A DNA stretch of 39,613 nucleotides from contig JBNPEG010000229.1 of NCBI GenBank assembly GCA_051117555.1, positions 1 through 39,613 of the forward strand, in the 5' to 3' direction. The stretch is from Elainellaceae cyanobacterium (GTDB lineage Bacteria; Cyanobacteriota; Cyanobacteriia; CAZCXK01). The position numbers were made by a program, and so were the translations under genes. This document shows, piece by piece, positions 29,969-39,396 of this stretch (the first letter of the stretch is position 1; the number at the start of each line of letters is the position of its first letter). The notes beneath the pieces were generated by a model. The model was not told where the DNA came from, ran no database searches, and was given only the letters and a program-made list of their open reading frames with translations.

Positions 29969-29995
29969 TGCAGATCGAAGTAAGGAGACCCGGAC

Positions 29996-30856
29996 TTGAG
30001 TAATTCAGCCTCTCAAAATACGCTTGCTCTAATTCTCGGCGTGATTTCAGCCGCGGTGCTGCTGATCATCTTGAATTCTTTTATCATCATTTATCCAGGT
30101 CAAGCAGGCGTGGTCAGCATCTTGGGTAAAGCTCAAGATGGCGCCCTCTTAGAAGGAGTTCACTTTAAGCCTCCGTTCATATCCAAAGTTGACGTATATG
30201 ACCTGACGGTGCAGAAATTTGAGGTGCCAGCCCAAAGCTCTACCAAAGATCTGCAAGATTTAAAAGCAAGCTTTGCAATTAATTTTCGCCTCGATCCTGA
30301 GCAAGTGGTGGCGGTCAGACGACAACAGGGAACGTTAGAAAATCTGGTGTCAAAAGTCGTGGCTCCTCAAACCCAAGAATCATTCAAAATTGCGGCAGCA
30401 AGGCGAACGGCTGAGCAAGCGATTACTGAACGGACAGAACTAAAGCGCGATTTTGATACCGCCCTTAACGAACGGCTCGAAAAATATGCCGTCATCGTGC
30501 AAGATACCAGCGTCGTCGATCTAGAATTTTCGCAAGAATTTACTCGCGCCGTCGAAGATAAACAAATCGCAGAACAGCGGGCTCAGCGAGCCGTCTATGT
30601 AGCCCAGGAAGCAGAGCAGCAAGCCCAGGCAGACATTAACCGCGCACGGGGTAGAGCCGAGGCCCAGCGATTGCTCGCTGAAACGCTAAAAGCGACTGGA
30701 GGAGAGCTTGTGCTTCAAAAAGAGGCGATCGCCGCTTGGCGTAAAGGTGGTTCTCAGATGCCGCGCGTGTTAATTATGGGAGATGAAGGCTCAGGTGGCG
30801 GCATTCCGTTTCTGCTCAACCTCAATGATTTTCAACGAAAATCGCTGGCTCGCTAG
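29996..30856 (+). CDS. Prohibitin / SPFH (band 7) domain protein
   Basis: N-terminal TM, EGVHFKPP, SSTKDLQ, AVEDKQIAEQRAQRA, A.GRAEA. TTG start with AAGGAG RBS. Confidence 0.92.
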   Translation: MSNSASQNTLALILGVISAAVLLIILNSFIIIYPGQAGVVSILGKAQDGALLEGVHFKPPFISKVDVYDLTVQKFEVPAQSSTKDLQDLKASFAINFRLDPEQVVAVRRQQGTLENLVSKVVAPQTQESFKIAAARRTAEQAITERTELKRDFDTALNERLEKYAVIVQDTSVVDLEFSQEFTRAVEDKQIAEQRAQRAVYVAQEAEQQAQADINRARGRAEAQRLLAETLKATGGELVLQKEAIAAWRKGGSQMPRVLIMGDEGSGGGIPFLLNLNDFQRKSLAR

Positions 30857-30860
30857 CCCT

Positions 30861-31922
30861 TTACACCCGATTCACATCAGACAGTTTGATGCGCGGGTCA
30901 ACTCCTTTTAGCATCAAATCAGCAATCAAATTACCGAGAATTAGCATAACGGCACCCATCATCAAGCTCGCCATGACGAGGTACAAATCTTGAGCGGTCA
31001 CGGCCTGAAGAATCAGGCGTCCAAGCCCAGGCCAGTTAAAGAAATTCTCGGTAATAAACGCGCCACTCAGGAGATTGGAAAATTCAAAGCCAAGCAGCGT
31101 AATCAACGGGTTGACCGCATTTCTCAAGGCGTGAACGTAAATCACTCGATTTTCAGGCAGCCCTTTCGCACGGGCTGTCTGGATATAGTCTTGGCGCAAC
31201 ACATCTAGCAGTTCGCCGCGAGTAATCCGTTGTAAACCGGCATATCCGGTGATGCTCAAGGCGAGGGTTGGTAAGATCAAGTGCCAGCCAATATCAATGA
31301 CTTTCCCGATAGGCGTCAAATCGGCATGATCGATGCTCGTCATCCCCCCCACTGGGAAGAGAGGAGACGTGTTTTGGGCAAGAAACAGCAGTAGCAAACC
31401 TGTAATCAGGGTGGGGAACCCCTGCCCTACATAACTAAACACCCGTAGCACGCGATCAATCCATCTGTTTTGGTGGACGGCTCCCAAAATGCCAAAAGGG
31501 ATGGCGATCGCCCACGTCACGATAATCGATGCAATTGACAGCAGCAGCGTTGCCGGAATGCGTTCTAGCAAAATGGACGTAACGGACCGTTGATAGGCAA
31601 AACTAATCCCAAAATCCCCTTCAGTAATGATGTTTTTGAGCCATAAAAAATATTGTTCGATGGCGGGGCGATTGAGACCAAATCTTTCTTCGTAGTCTTG
31701 AATAGTTTCTGGGGCAATCTGAGGATTTTGCCTGAGCGTATCGAGAAAATTGCCCGGTGCGAGCTGAATAATAAAAAAGCTCAGCGCAGATGCAAGAAAC
31801 AAGGTCAACAGAGCTTGAAGTAATCGTTTAACGACGTAGCCAAACGTTTCACTGGTAACTAAATTTGCCAACCAATCAAAGAAAGGCTTTAGCCGCTGTT
31901 GTGCCGAGCGAACGTTGGTCAT
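30861..31922 (-). CDS. Peptide/nickel ABC transporter permease (OppB/DppB family)
   Basis: GDFGISF, QDYIQTARAKGL, HALRNA, TENFFNWPGLG, DPRI. Confidence 0.93.
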   Translation of the reverse strand: MTNVRSAQQRLKPFFDWLANLVTSETFGYVVKRLLQALLTLFLASALSFFIIQLAPGNFLDTLRQNPQIAPETIQDYEERFGLNRPAIEQYFLWLKNIITEGDFGISFAYQRSVTSILLERIPATLLLSIASIIVTWAIAIPFGILGAVHQNRWIDRVLRVFSYVGQGFPTLITGLLLLFLAQNTSPLFPVGGMTSIDHADLTPIGKVIDIGWHLILPTLALSITGYAGLQRITRGELLDVLRQDYIQTARAKGLPENRVIYVHALRNAVNPLITLLGFEFSNLLSGAFITENFFNWPGLGRLILQAVTAQDLYLVMASLMMGAVMLILGNLIADLMLKGVDPRIKLSDVNRV

Positions 31923-31924
31923 AA

Positions 31925-32437
31925 TCAATACTCAATCAGCGTAAAGATAGGAACATCAGGTAGTTTTGCGCGCCCGTCTAAGTCTCTTAGCTCAATCACA
32001 AAGGCAAATCCTGCGAGCTCGCAGCCTGCTTGTTCAACCAGTTTAGCGGTTGCCGCCGCAGTTCCCCCGGTGGCAATGAGGTCATCCACAATCAAAGCAC
32101 GACTTGGAATTTGAAACGCATCCTGGTGAACTTCTAGCCGATCCATGCCGTATTCCAATTCATATTCAACCGCATGGACAGCAGCCGGCAGCTTCCCCGG
32201 TTTCCGCACCGGAATAAATCCGGCCCCCAACTTACACGCAAGGGGGGGGCCAAAAATGAATCCTCTAGACTCCATCCCGATCACGTAGTCAACGGGCAAG
32301 TCAGCACATTGATCGGCCATGCGATCGATAGTAAACCTGAGCCCGTCTGGATCACGCAGCAAGGTGGTGATGTCTCGAAAGATGATGCCAGGTTTGGGAA
32401 AGTCTGGTATGTCCCGAATCAGAGACTTCAAATCCAT
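31925..32437 (-). CDS. apt: Adenine phosphoribosyltransferase
   Basis: [43 protein letters not shown]. Confidence 0.97.
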   Translation of the reverse strand: MDLKSLIRDIPDFPKPGIIFRDITTLLRDPDGLRFTIDRMADQCADLPVDYVIGMESRGFIFGPPLACKLGAGFIPVRKPGKLPAAVHAVEYELEYGMDRLEVHQDAFQIPSRALIVDDLIATGGTAAATAKLVEQAGCELAGFAFVIELRDLDGRAKLPDVPIFTLIEY

Positions 32438-32518
32438 ATCAAAATGGAATAAATAGAATGATGTCCTAGAAATCCTATCATTTTGTATCGAGATACCAGC
32501 GCGATCGCCCCGTTATAT

Positions 32519-33775
32519 TTATGAATCGTCGCTACGAGGAGGTTTGGAAAAATCTTGAAACCAGCCTTTGCGCCAGAAGAAAAAAATCAGGAACAGGGCG
32601 ATCGCCCCCATACCGAGCAACACAGCCGGATATCCCCAATACCAGTCGAGTTCTGGCATATTCCAGGGTGACGCATCCGGGTCAAAGTTCATGCCGTAGA
32701 CCCCGGCAATAAACGTTAAAGGGATGAAAATGCTCGACACCACAGTCAGCAATTTCATGACTTCATTCATGCGATTACTCACCGACGACATATATACATC
32801 CATCATCCCTGAGGTGAGTTCTCGGTATGATTCCACCATATCCATGACCTGCACCGCATGGTCATAACAGTCTCGCAGATAAACCCGCACCTCCGGGCTA
32901 ATTAAATGACTCCGATCGCGAATAAGTTGGTTAATTGCATCTCGCTGCGGCCAAATTGCGCGTCGCAGAGCAAGCAATTCTCGTTTGAGATTATAAATTT
33001 CTTGAATGGTCTTCCGGGTAGGCCGAAGAACAACCTCATCTTCCAAATCTTCCAGCCGTTCTCCATAGTCTTCTAGAACCGGATAAAATCCGTCGATGAT
33101 CGTATCAAGCAAGGCATAAGCCAAATAGTCTGCCCCGTGTTTGCGAATCATCCCTCGGTTATAGCGAATGCGATCGCGCGCCGACTGAAACGTATCAGAC
33201 TCGGTTTCTTCTTGAACAGTCAAGAGATAGTGCCTGCCTAAAATAAAGCTTACCTGCTCACTCAAAAATCCTCGCTCATCCTCGGTCGGAACCACCATGC
33301 GCGCAATGATGAGGAGCTGATCCTCGTATTCTTCGACCTTAGGACGTTGGGGCACATTCACGATATCTTCTAAAACCAGGGGGTGGAGTGCGAATACCTG
33401 CCCCAATCGTTTCAAAACGTCTTCACTGCCTAACCCCTGGACGTCAACCCATGAAACTGATTCGGTGTCGAGATAGGGCACACAGCTCTCGGGCGTGGCA
33501 AGATGCACTCGGTCAGCCCGTGCGGCGTTGTAATCGATTAGATGAATACACGGAAATGTAGCGCCGGGAGGAATGTTTAGCGTTCCAGGAATGCTACCCG
33601 GTTGGTCAGAAAAGTAGTCATCAATGTAGGATGTTTCCTCCCGTTCATCGTCTTTGTCTAACGTCATTGAGTCTGAATCAGAGGGGGGAAAACTAGGACG
33701 ATTCATAGGAATAGGACTTGAAAAAAAGTGATCTGACATACGTAAGTTCTTACGCGAGTTAACGAATGGCCGCAT
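32519..33775 (-). CDS. corA: Magnesium/cobalt transporter CorA
   Basis: HPLVLEDI, QRPKVE, MNEVMKLLT, YGMNF, MPEL. True start probably a later Met (33739 or 33706). Confidence 0.94.
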   Translation of the reverse strand: MRPFVNSRKNLRMSDHFFSSPIPMNRPSFPPSDSDSMTLDKDDEREETSYIDDYFSDQPGSIPGTLNIPPGATFPCIHLIDYNAARADRVHLATPESCVPYLDTESVSWVDVQGLGSEDVLKRLGQVFALHPLVLEDIVNVPQRPKVEEYEDQLLIIARMVVPTEDERGFLSEQVSFILGRHYLLTVQEETESDTFQSARDRIRYNRGMIRKHGADYLAYALLDTIIDGFYPVLEDYGERLEDLEDEVVLRPTRKTIQEIYNLKRELLALRRAIWPQRDAINQLIRDRSHLISPEVRVYLRDCYDHAVQVMDMVESYRELTSGMMDVYMSSVSNRMNEVMKLLTVVSSIFIPLTFIAGVYGMNFDPDASPWNMPELDWYWGYPAVLLGMGAIALFLIFFFWRKGWFQDFSKPPRSDDS

Positions 33776-34098
33776 CGAAATGAAGAATAATCTTCCGAGA
33801 ATGCCTTAGAAATAGAATTAAGGCAATTCAGATGCAATGCCTACTCCATCATTAGAACGCGTGTTGCTCCGCTACGATCTGCGAGTACGTATAGCCTGCG
33901 TTTCGTAAGCGACATGCAACGCATCGTCTCTGTCAAGAAAAATTTAGTCGCTAAGGCAACTCAGAACAATACGTTGTAAATCATCCACTTATGACTAAAT
34001 GCAACGAAATTGATGAAAAAGTTAATCAAATATCGCTCTAAACTTAAGAACTTGTTAAAGGAATGGAAAAAAATGACGTCTGCCGATACCGTGTATTT

Positions 34099-34175
34099 CA
34101 AGATACCTCCTAACTGCGTCTACAGCCTCATCGACTTGCGTTAAGCGGAACGGTCAATGAGGCTGATATTTTTTT
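34099..34175 (+). ncRNA. Candidate small RNA (boundaries approximate)
   Basis: TACCGT -10-like box at 34087-34092, ACCTCCT at 34105-34111, strong terminator with no plus-strand gene upstream. Confidence 0.45.
34123..34175 (+). terminator. Orphan intrinsic terminator
   Basis: CAGCCTCAT.GAC...GTC.ATGAGGCTG stem followed by ATA and 7 T. Confidence 0.7.
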
Positions 34176-34223
34176 GGCATTTCTAGCGGCATTTCTGAAA
34201 AATGGGAGCACGCACAGACATAC

Positions 34224-34247
34224 AAAAACAGCCCCGTGTCAGGGCTG
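34224..34247 (-). terminator. Intrinsic terminator downstream of the 34329-34649 gene
   Basis: Minus strand CAGCCC-TGACACG-GGGCTG-TTTTT. Confidence 0.7.
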
Positions 34248-34328
34248 CTAGAGCATGATTCAGTTCAAAAAGACTATACCACGCCATAATACGTCTGAAC
34301 TATACAAGCCGAGACTGCCCTAGGGAAA

Positions 34329-34649
34329 CTACACGTCGTCAGGCTCTAAACGGGCGGCAGTAATTGCACCAAGCGCAAACGCCGCCATGAGAGGCATAGG
34401 AGATTTAAGAAGATAGCTGGCGATCGCCAACATAACAGCGATTCCAGTTGACGCTATCGACCACCGCTTCTCGTGTGGACTCAGTCCCTTCTGTGCTTTG
34501 ATAATTCTCAAAATTTCAGATGGAATTGGCTGTGGCATCACTGCCCCCGGTGGAAACGCCCAATAGTGGTTAAGGGGTTCCATAACAGGCTCAGTCCACC
34601 CATTCTCCTGACACCATTCCAAAATCCACTCATCCGAATAACGTTTCAT
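34329..34649 (-). CDS. Conserved cyanobacterial membrane protein
   Basis: MKRYSDEWILEWCQENGWTE...YWAFPPGAVMP.PIP with C-terminal hydrophobic hairpin. ATG 34649 preferred. Confidence 0.8.
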   Translation of the reverse strand: MKRYSDEWILEWCQENGWTEPVMEPLNHYWAFPPGAVMPQPIPSEILRIIKAQKGLSPHEKRWSIASTGIAVMLAIASYLLKSPMPLMAAFALGAITAARLEPDDV

Positions 34650-34713
34650 AAGCTGAAAACTAATCAAACAACAGATAGAAACACACACAAAACCTGCTAC
34701 ATCTAAATTCAGA

Positions 34714-34747
34714 GATGGCGATCCTAAATCGCGTGTGAATTGTGTGT
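34714..34747 (-). mobile_element. Truncated end of the MITE-like element
   Basis: GCGATCCTAAATCGCGTGTGAATTGTGTGT matches one terminus of the other copies. Confidence 0.65.
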
Positions 34748-35008
34748 AAACTTGAGAAATAATTAAGAAATTTTGAAAATTCTACAGTCTAAATCAGTCG
34801 GAATCTTCTACATAAAAAGAAGATAGCAGACCAAAGAATATAACAGCGGGCAAGGCAATTAAAGTTTACGATCAAACAGTACCTTAAAGTCGTGTTCTAA
34901 TCGTCTACTGATCGACATAAATTACATCAATTTCTGTACGGGTTAAATTGACATGACCAGTCATTTTTTTAGCTTTTCTAAAGAATTTGATGCCTTACGA
35001 AGGGAGCA

Positions 35009-36994
35009 TCAAAATAAGAGCTTCGCTGCTCCTTGAATTTGCTGCATAGGCTGAACTCCGCGTGGCAGCAGTGGTAGATGGACAATGGTTTGTTTCCCGA
35101 AGCGTTCTTGGATATCAGCATGATGAGGTTCAAAGCGATTATGAACGATATACCGTTGATGAACGTTCATCTGTTCAAGTGACTGAGTTAATCGCTGCGC
35201 CTCCGCCAAAATAGCAGACTGAGACTGAACCACGCCGACAAATTCGCTATAAGTTGCATCTGTTAGTTTTTTATGGGCATTCATAACATGCTGACGCAGC
35301 ACTCTTAACCGTCCCATTAACTCGATTCGTCCGGCAATATCTTGATACTTAATCCACAGTTTGAAAATCCAAGCAAGCCAATCACCCAGAGCAGTAGGCA
35401 TTTCAAGAAATCGGAGTAAATGCCCGGTCGGAGCGGTATCCAAAATAATTAGCCTGGGTTCTCCGTGTTCAAGTAAATCAATGATGGTAAGCAACGACAG
35501 CATTTCATCGATGCCAGGGAGGGCTTGGGATACAATCTGTCGCCATGCCTGGGGGCCATACGCAAGCTGAAGCGTTTCGTCGCTCATGTCGCCGCTCATC
35601 ATATCAGCGAGTTCCCATAAATAATCATCTCGGAACTGTTCGAGCACCTGATTGGCATCAATTTCTTGAGCACTTAAGTTTGGAGTGATTGCCACGGGAT
35701 TGTGCCCTAGCCGCTTCCCAAACGCATCCCCCAAGGAATGAGCCGGATCGATTGAGATGATCCGAACCTTATGGTTAGGATGACGCTCTGCCATTGCCCA
35801 GGCGATCGCCGCTGAGACAGTTGTTTTGCCAACGCCTCCTTTTCCACCCACCAAAACGAGCCGTCGTCCTGTGTCGATAAAGTCGTCGAGGCTGGGTAAA
35901 ACCTTCTCAGGAAACTGAACGGAATAGGTTGACGAAATAGGTGTGAGTTGGCAGTTCTCAATCGTCGTAATTTGGCTCATTAGATGATTGAGCAGATCAG
36001 AGCCCACGGGTTCTTTGCTCTGCTGAGGAACTAAAAAGACGGGTTGATCTCCCGCTATCGCAAGAAATGAGGATAAAAGACCTTGCTGTTCTGCATAGCG
36101 ATCCGAGTATCCTGAGGAGACTGGCTGCTCATGAGATGCAGGTATATTAGAACCTGGTAATCCAATGATGCGATTGATGAGTAATCCGCTGGATGGAATC
36201 TGGAGATCATTTAGGGATTTAATAAATCGCTGGGTTTCAAGCAGACTCATGGGTTCAGCGATCGCCACCACCAAACACGCCGTATGCTCAGCATCCTGTA
36301 ACAACTGTCGCCCAGCCGCTAAGTCAGCACGAATCTCCGCCAAACATTCATCCGCTTGGTCAGCAAGATGCCGTCCGGTCAATCGTTCGCTGATCACGCG
36401 ATGCTTCTCTTGAAACAGGTCTAATGCATCTAGAAAGCCATCTAAAAAGTCCATTAGCCCAAACAAGTTGAGCGTATGCCCGCTAGGAGCCATGTCTACT
36501 ACCACGCGATCAGCATCGTGTTCGCGCAGCAGCCGCTGAATTTCCAAAATGCCCATGAGTTCATCTAAGCCAGGCCAGCTTAAGTCCCATACCGGACTCA
36601 GATCTTCGCCCTGCACGAAGCTGCCCCGCTCTACTAAAAGCTCTAAAACACTCCCATAGCGTGCTTTGAAGTTCTGCAACAGTGTTTGGGCATCCAACGC
36701 CCTCACCTGAACATTCGGCAAATTGGCGATCGCACAGGGACTATCATTAACACTCATTTGCAAGACGTCTCCCAGCGAATGAGCGGGGTCGGTCGAAATC
36801 AATACAATGCGCTCATCGGGAAACCGCTGTCCCCAATATTGAGCAAAGCCGCAGGATAAGGTGGTTTTACCAACACCTCCTTTGCCACTAAACATAGCAA
36901 GCTGAAGGGCATCGTATCGGTTCAAACTCTCCCTGTCAGAATGTTGGTCAATACGGCTCTGATATCGTGTTCCGAATGCCTGATCAATAACCAT
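35009..36994 (-). CDS. Tandem-domain ArsA/Get3 (TRC40) family ATPase
   Basis: Two GKGGVGKTT P-loops, two DPAHSLGD switch I motifs, DMAPSGH and DTAPTGH switch II motifs. Confidence 0.92.
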   Translation of the reverse strand: MVIDQAFGTRYQSRIDQHSDRESLNRYDALQLAMFSGKGGVGKTTLSCGFAQYWGQRFPDERIVLISTDPAHSLGDVLQMSVNDSPCAIANLPNVQVRALDAQTLLQNFKARYGSVLELLVERGSFVQGEDLSPVWDLSWPGLDELMGILEIQRLLREHDADRVVVDMAPSGHTLNLFGLMDFLDGFLDALDLFQEKHRVISERLTGRHLADQADECLAEIRADLAAGRQLLQDAEHTACLVVAIAEPMSLLETQRFIKSLNDLQIPSSGLLINRIIGLPGSNIPASHEQPVSSGYSDRYAEQQGLLSSFLAIAGDQPVFLVPQQSKEPVGSDLLNHLMSQITTIENCQLTPISSTYSVQFPEKVLPSLDDFIDTGRRLVLVGGKGGVGKTTVSAAIAWAMAERHPNHKVRIISIDPAHSLGDAFGKRLGHNPVAITPNLSAQEIDANQVLEQFRDDYLWELADMMSGDMSDETLQLAYGPQAWRQIVSQALPGIDEMLSLLTIIDLLEHGEPRLIILDTAPTGHLLRFLEMPTALGDWLAWIFKLWIKYQDIAGRIELMGRLRVLRQHVMNAHKKLTDATYSEFVGVVQSQSAILAEAQRLTQSLEQMNVHQRYIVHNRFEPHHADIQERFGKQTIVHLPLLPRGVQPMQQIQGAAKLLF

Positions 36995-37172
36995 AGTTTG
37001 CGCCTAATGAGAGCCGTTTTACTTCCTTAGACTGCCCAGCGATTTAGATTCAGAAACGGTGTCGTCCTCGTAATTTATATCCTGCAATGAATGTTAAGAA
37101 TTTTTCGTGAGTGATACCAACCTACTGCAACTGGGATGACTAACGGGGTAATGCCCGAATCGGTACGTACGC

Positions 37173-39026
37173 ATGAGTGATTTATTCAAGGGATTTGAAC
37201 AGCTTCTCGAATTGGCAAAAGCGCTCGAAGAAAAGGCTGAGAAGGGAGAGCTAAAGGCTGATGTGCAAATCAATAGTCGCAATCTCAGCAGCATTCCTCG
37301 TCAGGGCAATATCCCGACCGACATTGGTACAAGCCGATTTCAGCCCAAATCATCTGATCCGAATGCACCTACTCATACCTCTGCATCCGCTGACGACGTA
37401 ATCATTACACCACCTCCCGCTGATGCCGAATCTGACATTTCGTTGAGTGAAGTAGGCGGATTGGCCGACGTGCTTCGAGAGTTGCGAGAACTGGTCGAGA
37501 TTCCACTCAAGCGTCCAGATTTGCTGCAAAAGCTCGGACTCGAACCCACTCGCGGCGTGTTGATGGTGGGTCCTCCAGGAACTGGAAAAACATTGACGGC
37601 TCGCGCACTAGCAGATGATTTAGATGTGAGCTACATCGCCATTGTCGGGCCGGAAGTAATGGGCAAGTACTATGGTGAAGCCGAAGCCCGCTTGCGAGGC
37701 ATCTTTGATAAAGCCGTGAAATCTGCACCCTGTGTGGTGTTTATTGACGAAATTGATAGCCTGGCTCCCGATCGCAGCAAAGTTGAGGGAGAGGTTGAAA
37801 AGCGGTTAGTTGCTCAGTTGCTCAGCCTTATGGACGGCTTTGCCAAAACCAACGGGGTGATTGTGCTAGCAGCCACCAATCGTCCCAATCATCTCGATCC
37901 AGCACTTCGGCGTCCAGGACGATTTGATCGAGAAGTACAGTTTCGTGTCCCTGATCGGAATGGACGATTCGAAATTCTGACCATTTTGACGCAGAAGATG
38001 CCCCTCGACGATACTGCTGATTTGGGAGTTGATTTGGGGGCGATCGCCGACATGTCAGTCGGTTTAGTAGGAGCAGATCTCAAAGCGGTCTGCCAAAAGG
38101 CCGCATACAGCGCCTTGAGGCGGTTGATGCCATTGTTGGATGCGCCCCTACCTGAAACGATGACCATTACCCAACACGATTTTCTGCTAGCCATCACGGA
38201 GGTGAAACCGTCGGCACTACGATCGGTAGAAGTCGAATCTCCGAATGTAGCGTGGGATGATATTGGCGGGCTAGACACCGTCAAGCAGACGCTCCAAGAA
38301 TCCGTCGAAGGAGCCCTGCTCTATCCTGACCTGTATCAGCGCACGGGAGCCCAAGCACCCCGAGGAATCTTGCTGTGGGGGCCTCCTGGCACTGGAAAAA
38401 CGCTGCTGGCAAAGGCGATCGCCTCTCAAGCCCAGGCCAATTTCATTGGAGTGAATGGGCCTGAGCTGTTGAGCCGCTGGGTCGGATCTGCAGAACAGTC
38501 AGTGCGCGAACTGTTCGCAAAGGCTCGACACGCGTCTCCATGCGTCGTGTTTATTGATGAGATTGATACGCTAGCGCCTGCTCGCGGCACATTTAGCGGA
38601 GATTCTGGAGTGAGCGATCGCGTTGTCGGGCAACTCCTCACTGAGCTTGACGGATTGCAAGGCTGCAATAATGTGCTGCTGGTCGGTGCGACTAATCGAC
38701 CTGAAGCCCTTGACCCAGCTCTACTTCGTGCAGGGCGCCTCGATTTACAGATCACCGTTGATCTGCCTAATGCGAATAGCCGCTTGGCGATTCTCAACGT
38801 TCATAATCAGGATCGCCCCTTAGCAGACGTCAATCTGGCAGACTGGGCAGCCCAAACCGAGGGGTGGAACGGCGCCGACCTAGCTCTCTTCAGCAACCAA
38901 GCGGCGTTAGAAGCAGTCCGTCGGTATCGTGCTCAAGGACTGGATGATCCCTCTACGATTCAAATTACAGTAGATGACTTTACATCGGCGTACGAACGTC
39001 TGATGAGCCAGCGACAGCGCCATTAA
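37173..39026 (+). CDS. Cdc48/VCP-like double AAA+ ATPase lacking the canonical N-domain
   Basis: Two GPPGTGKT Walker A, two FIDEID Walker B, KYYGE and RWVG pore loops, ALRRPGRFDRE SRH, WDDIGGL linker. Confidence 0.92.
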   Translation: MSDLFKGFEQLLELAKALEEKAEKGELKADVQINSRNLSSIPRQGNIPTDIGTSRFQPKSSDPNAPTHTSASADDVIITPPPADAESDISLSEVGGLADVLRELRELVEIPLKRPDLLQKLGLEPTRGVLMVGPPGTGKTLTARALADDLDVSYIAIVGPEVMGKYYGEAEARLRGIFDKAVKSAPCVVFIDEIDSLAPDRSKVEGEVEKRLVAQLLSLMDGFAKTNGVIVLAATNRPNHLDPALRRPGRFDREVQFRVPDRNGRFEILTILTQKMPLDDTADLGVDLGAIADMSVGLVGADLKAVCQKAAYSALRRLMPLLDAPLPETMTITQHDFLLAITEVKPSALRSVEVESPNVAWDDIGGLDTVKQTLQESVEGALLYPDLYQRTGAQAPRGILLWGPPGTGKTLLAKAIASQAQANFIGVNGPELLSRWVGSAEQSVRELFAKARHASPCVVFIDEIDTLAPARGTFSGDSGVSDRVVGQLLTELDGLQGCNNVLLVGATNRPEALDPALLRAGRLDLQITVDLPNANSRLAILNVHNQDRPLADVNLADWAAQTEGWNGADLALFSNQAALEAVRRYRAQGLDDPSTIQITVDDFTSAYERLMSQRQRH

Positions 39027-39129
39027 ATTGTGCTCGATTACTCATATAGCACTGTGCAATTGCGTCAAGTACAGAATCGTGTCTATTCCACATTTCTAGC
39101 CATCATCAACATCCACGTCGGAGGAAAAA

Positions 39130-39393
39130 ATGCTCTCAGGTCAAACCCCTGATCCAGTTCGTCAACACGCCCTTTCAGCGCTAACGGTTCAGCTCGTAAA
39201 GCAAGGACACCCTGAACAGTATGCTCAACACATGGCAACGGCTGTCATTTTCCAGACGGATTTAGAGCTTCGAAATGCTCAACTGGCGCGACTGCTGAGT
39301 TGGCTGAAGCAAGAACATACCGAAATCTATGACGAAGCAACATCATTAGTTGAGGCAACCCGCGCGGAGTTTGAACGACGAGTTCAGGAGTAG
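39130..39393 (+). CDS. Hypothetical protein, 87 aa, helical
   Basis: GGAGG RBS, clean ORF downstream of the AAA gene. Confidence 0.75.
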   Translation: MLSGQTPDPVRQHALSALTVQLVKQGHPEQYAQHMATAVIFQTDLELRNAQLARLLSWLKQEHTEIYDEATSLVEATRAEFERRVQE

Positions 39394-39396
39394 TTC

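Noticed and set aside
35009..36994. Arsenic resistance operon
   Set aside because: No arsB/acr3, arsC, arsD or arsR nearby; the ATPase family assignment alone does not imply arsenic efflux.
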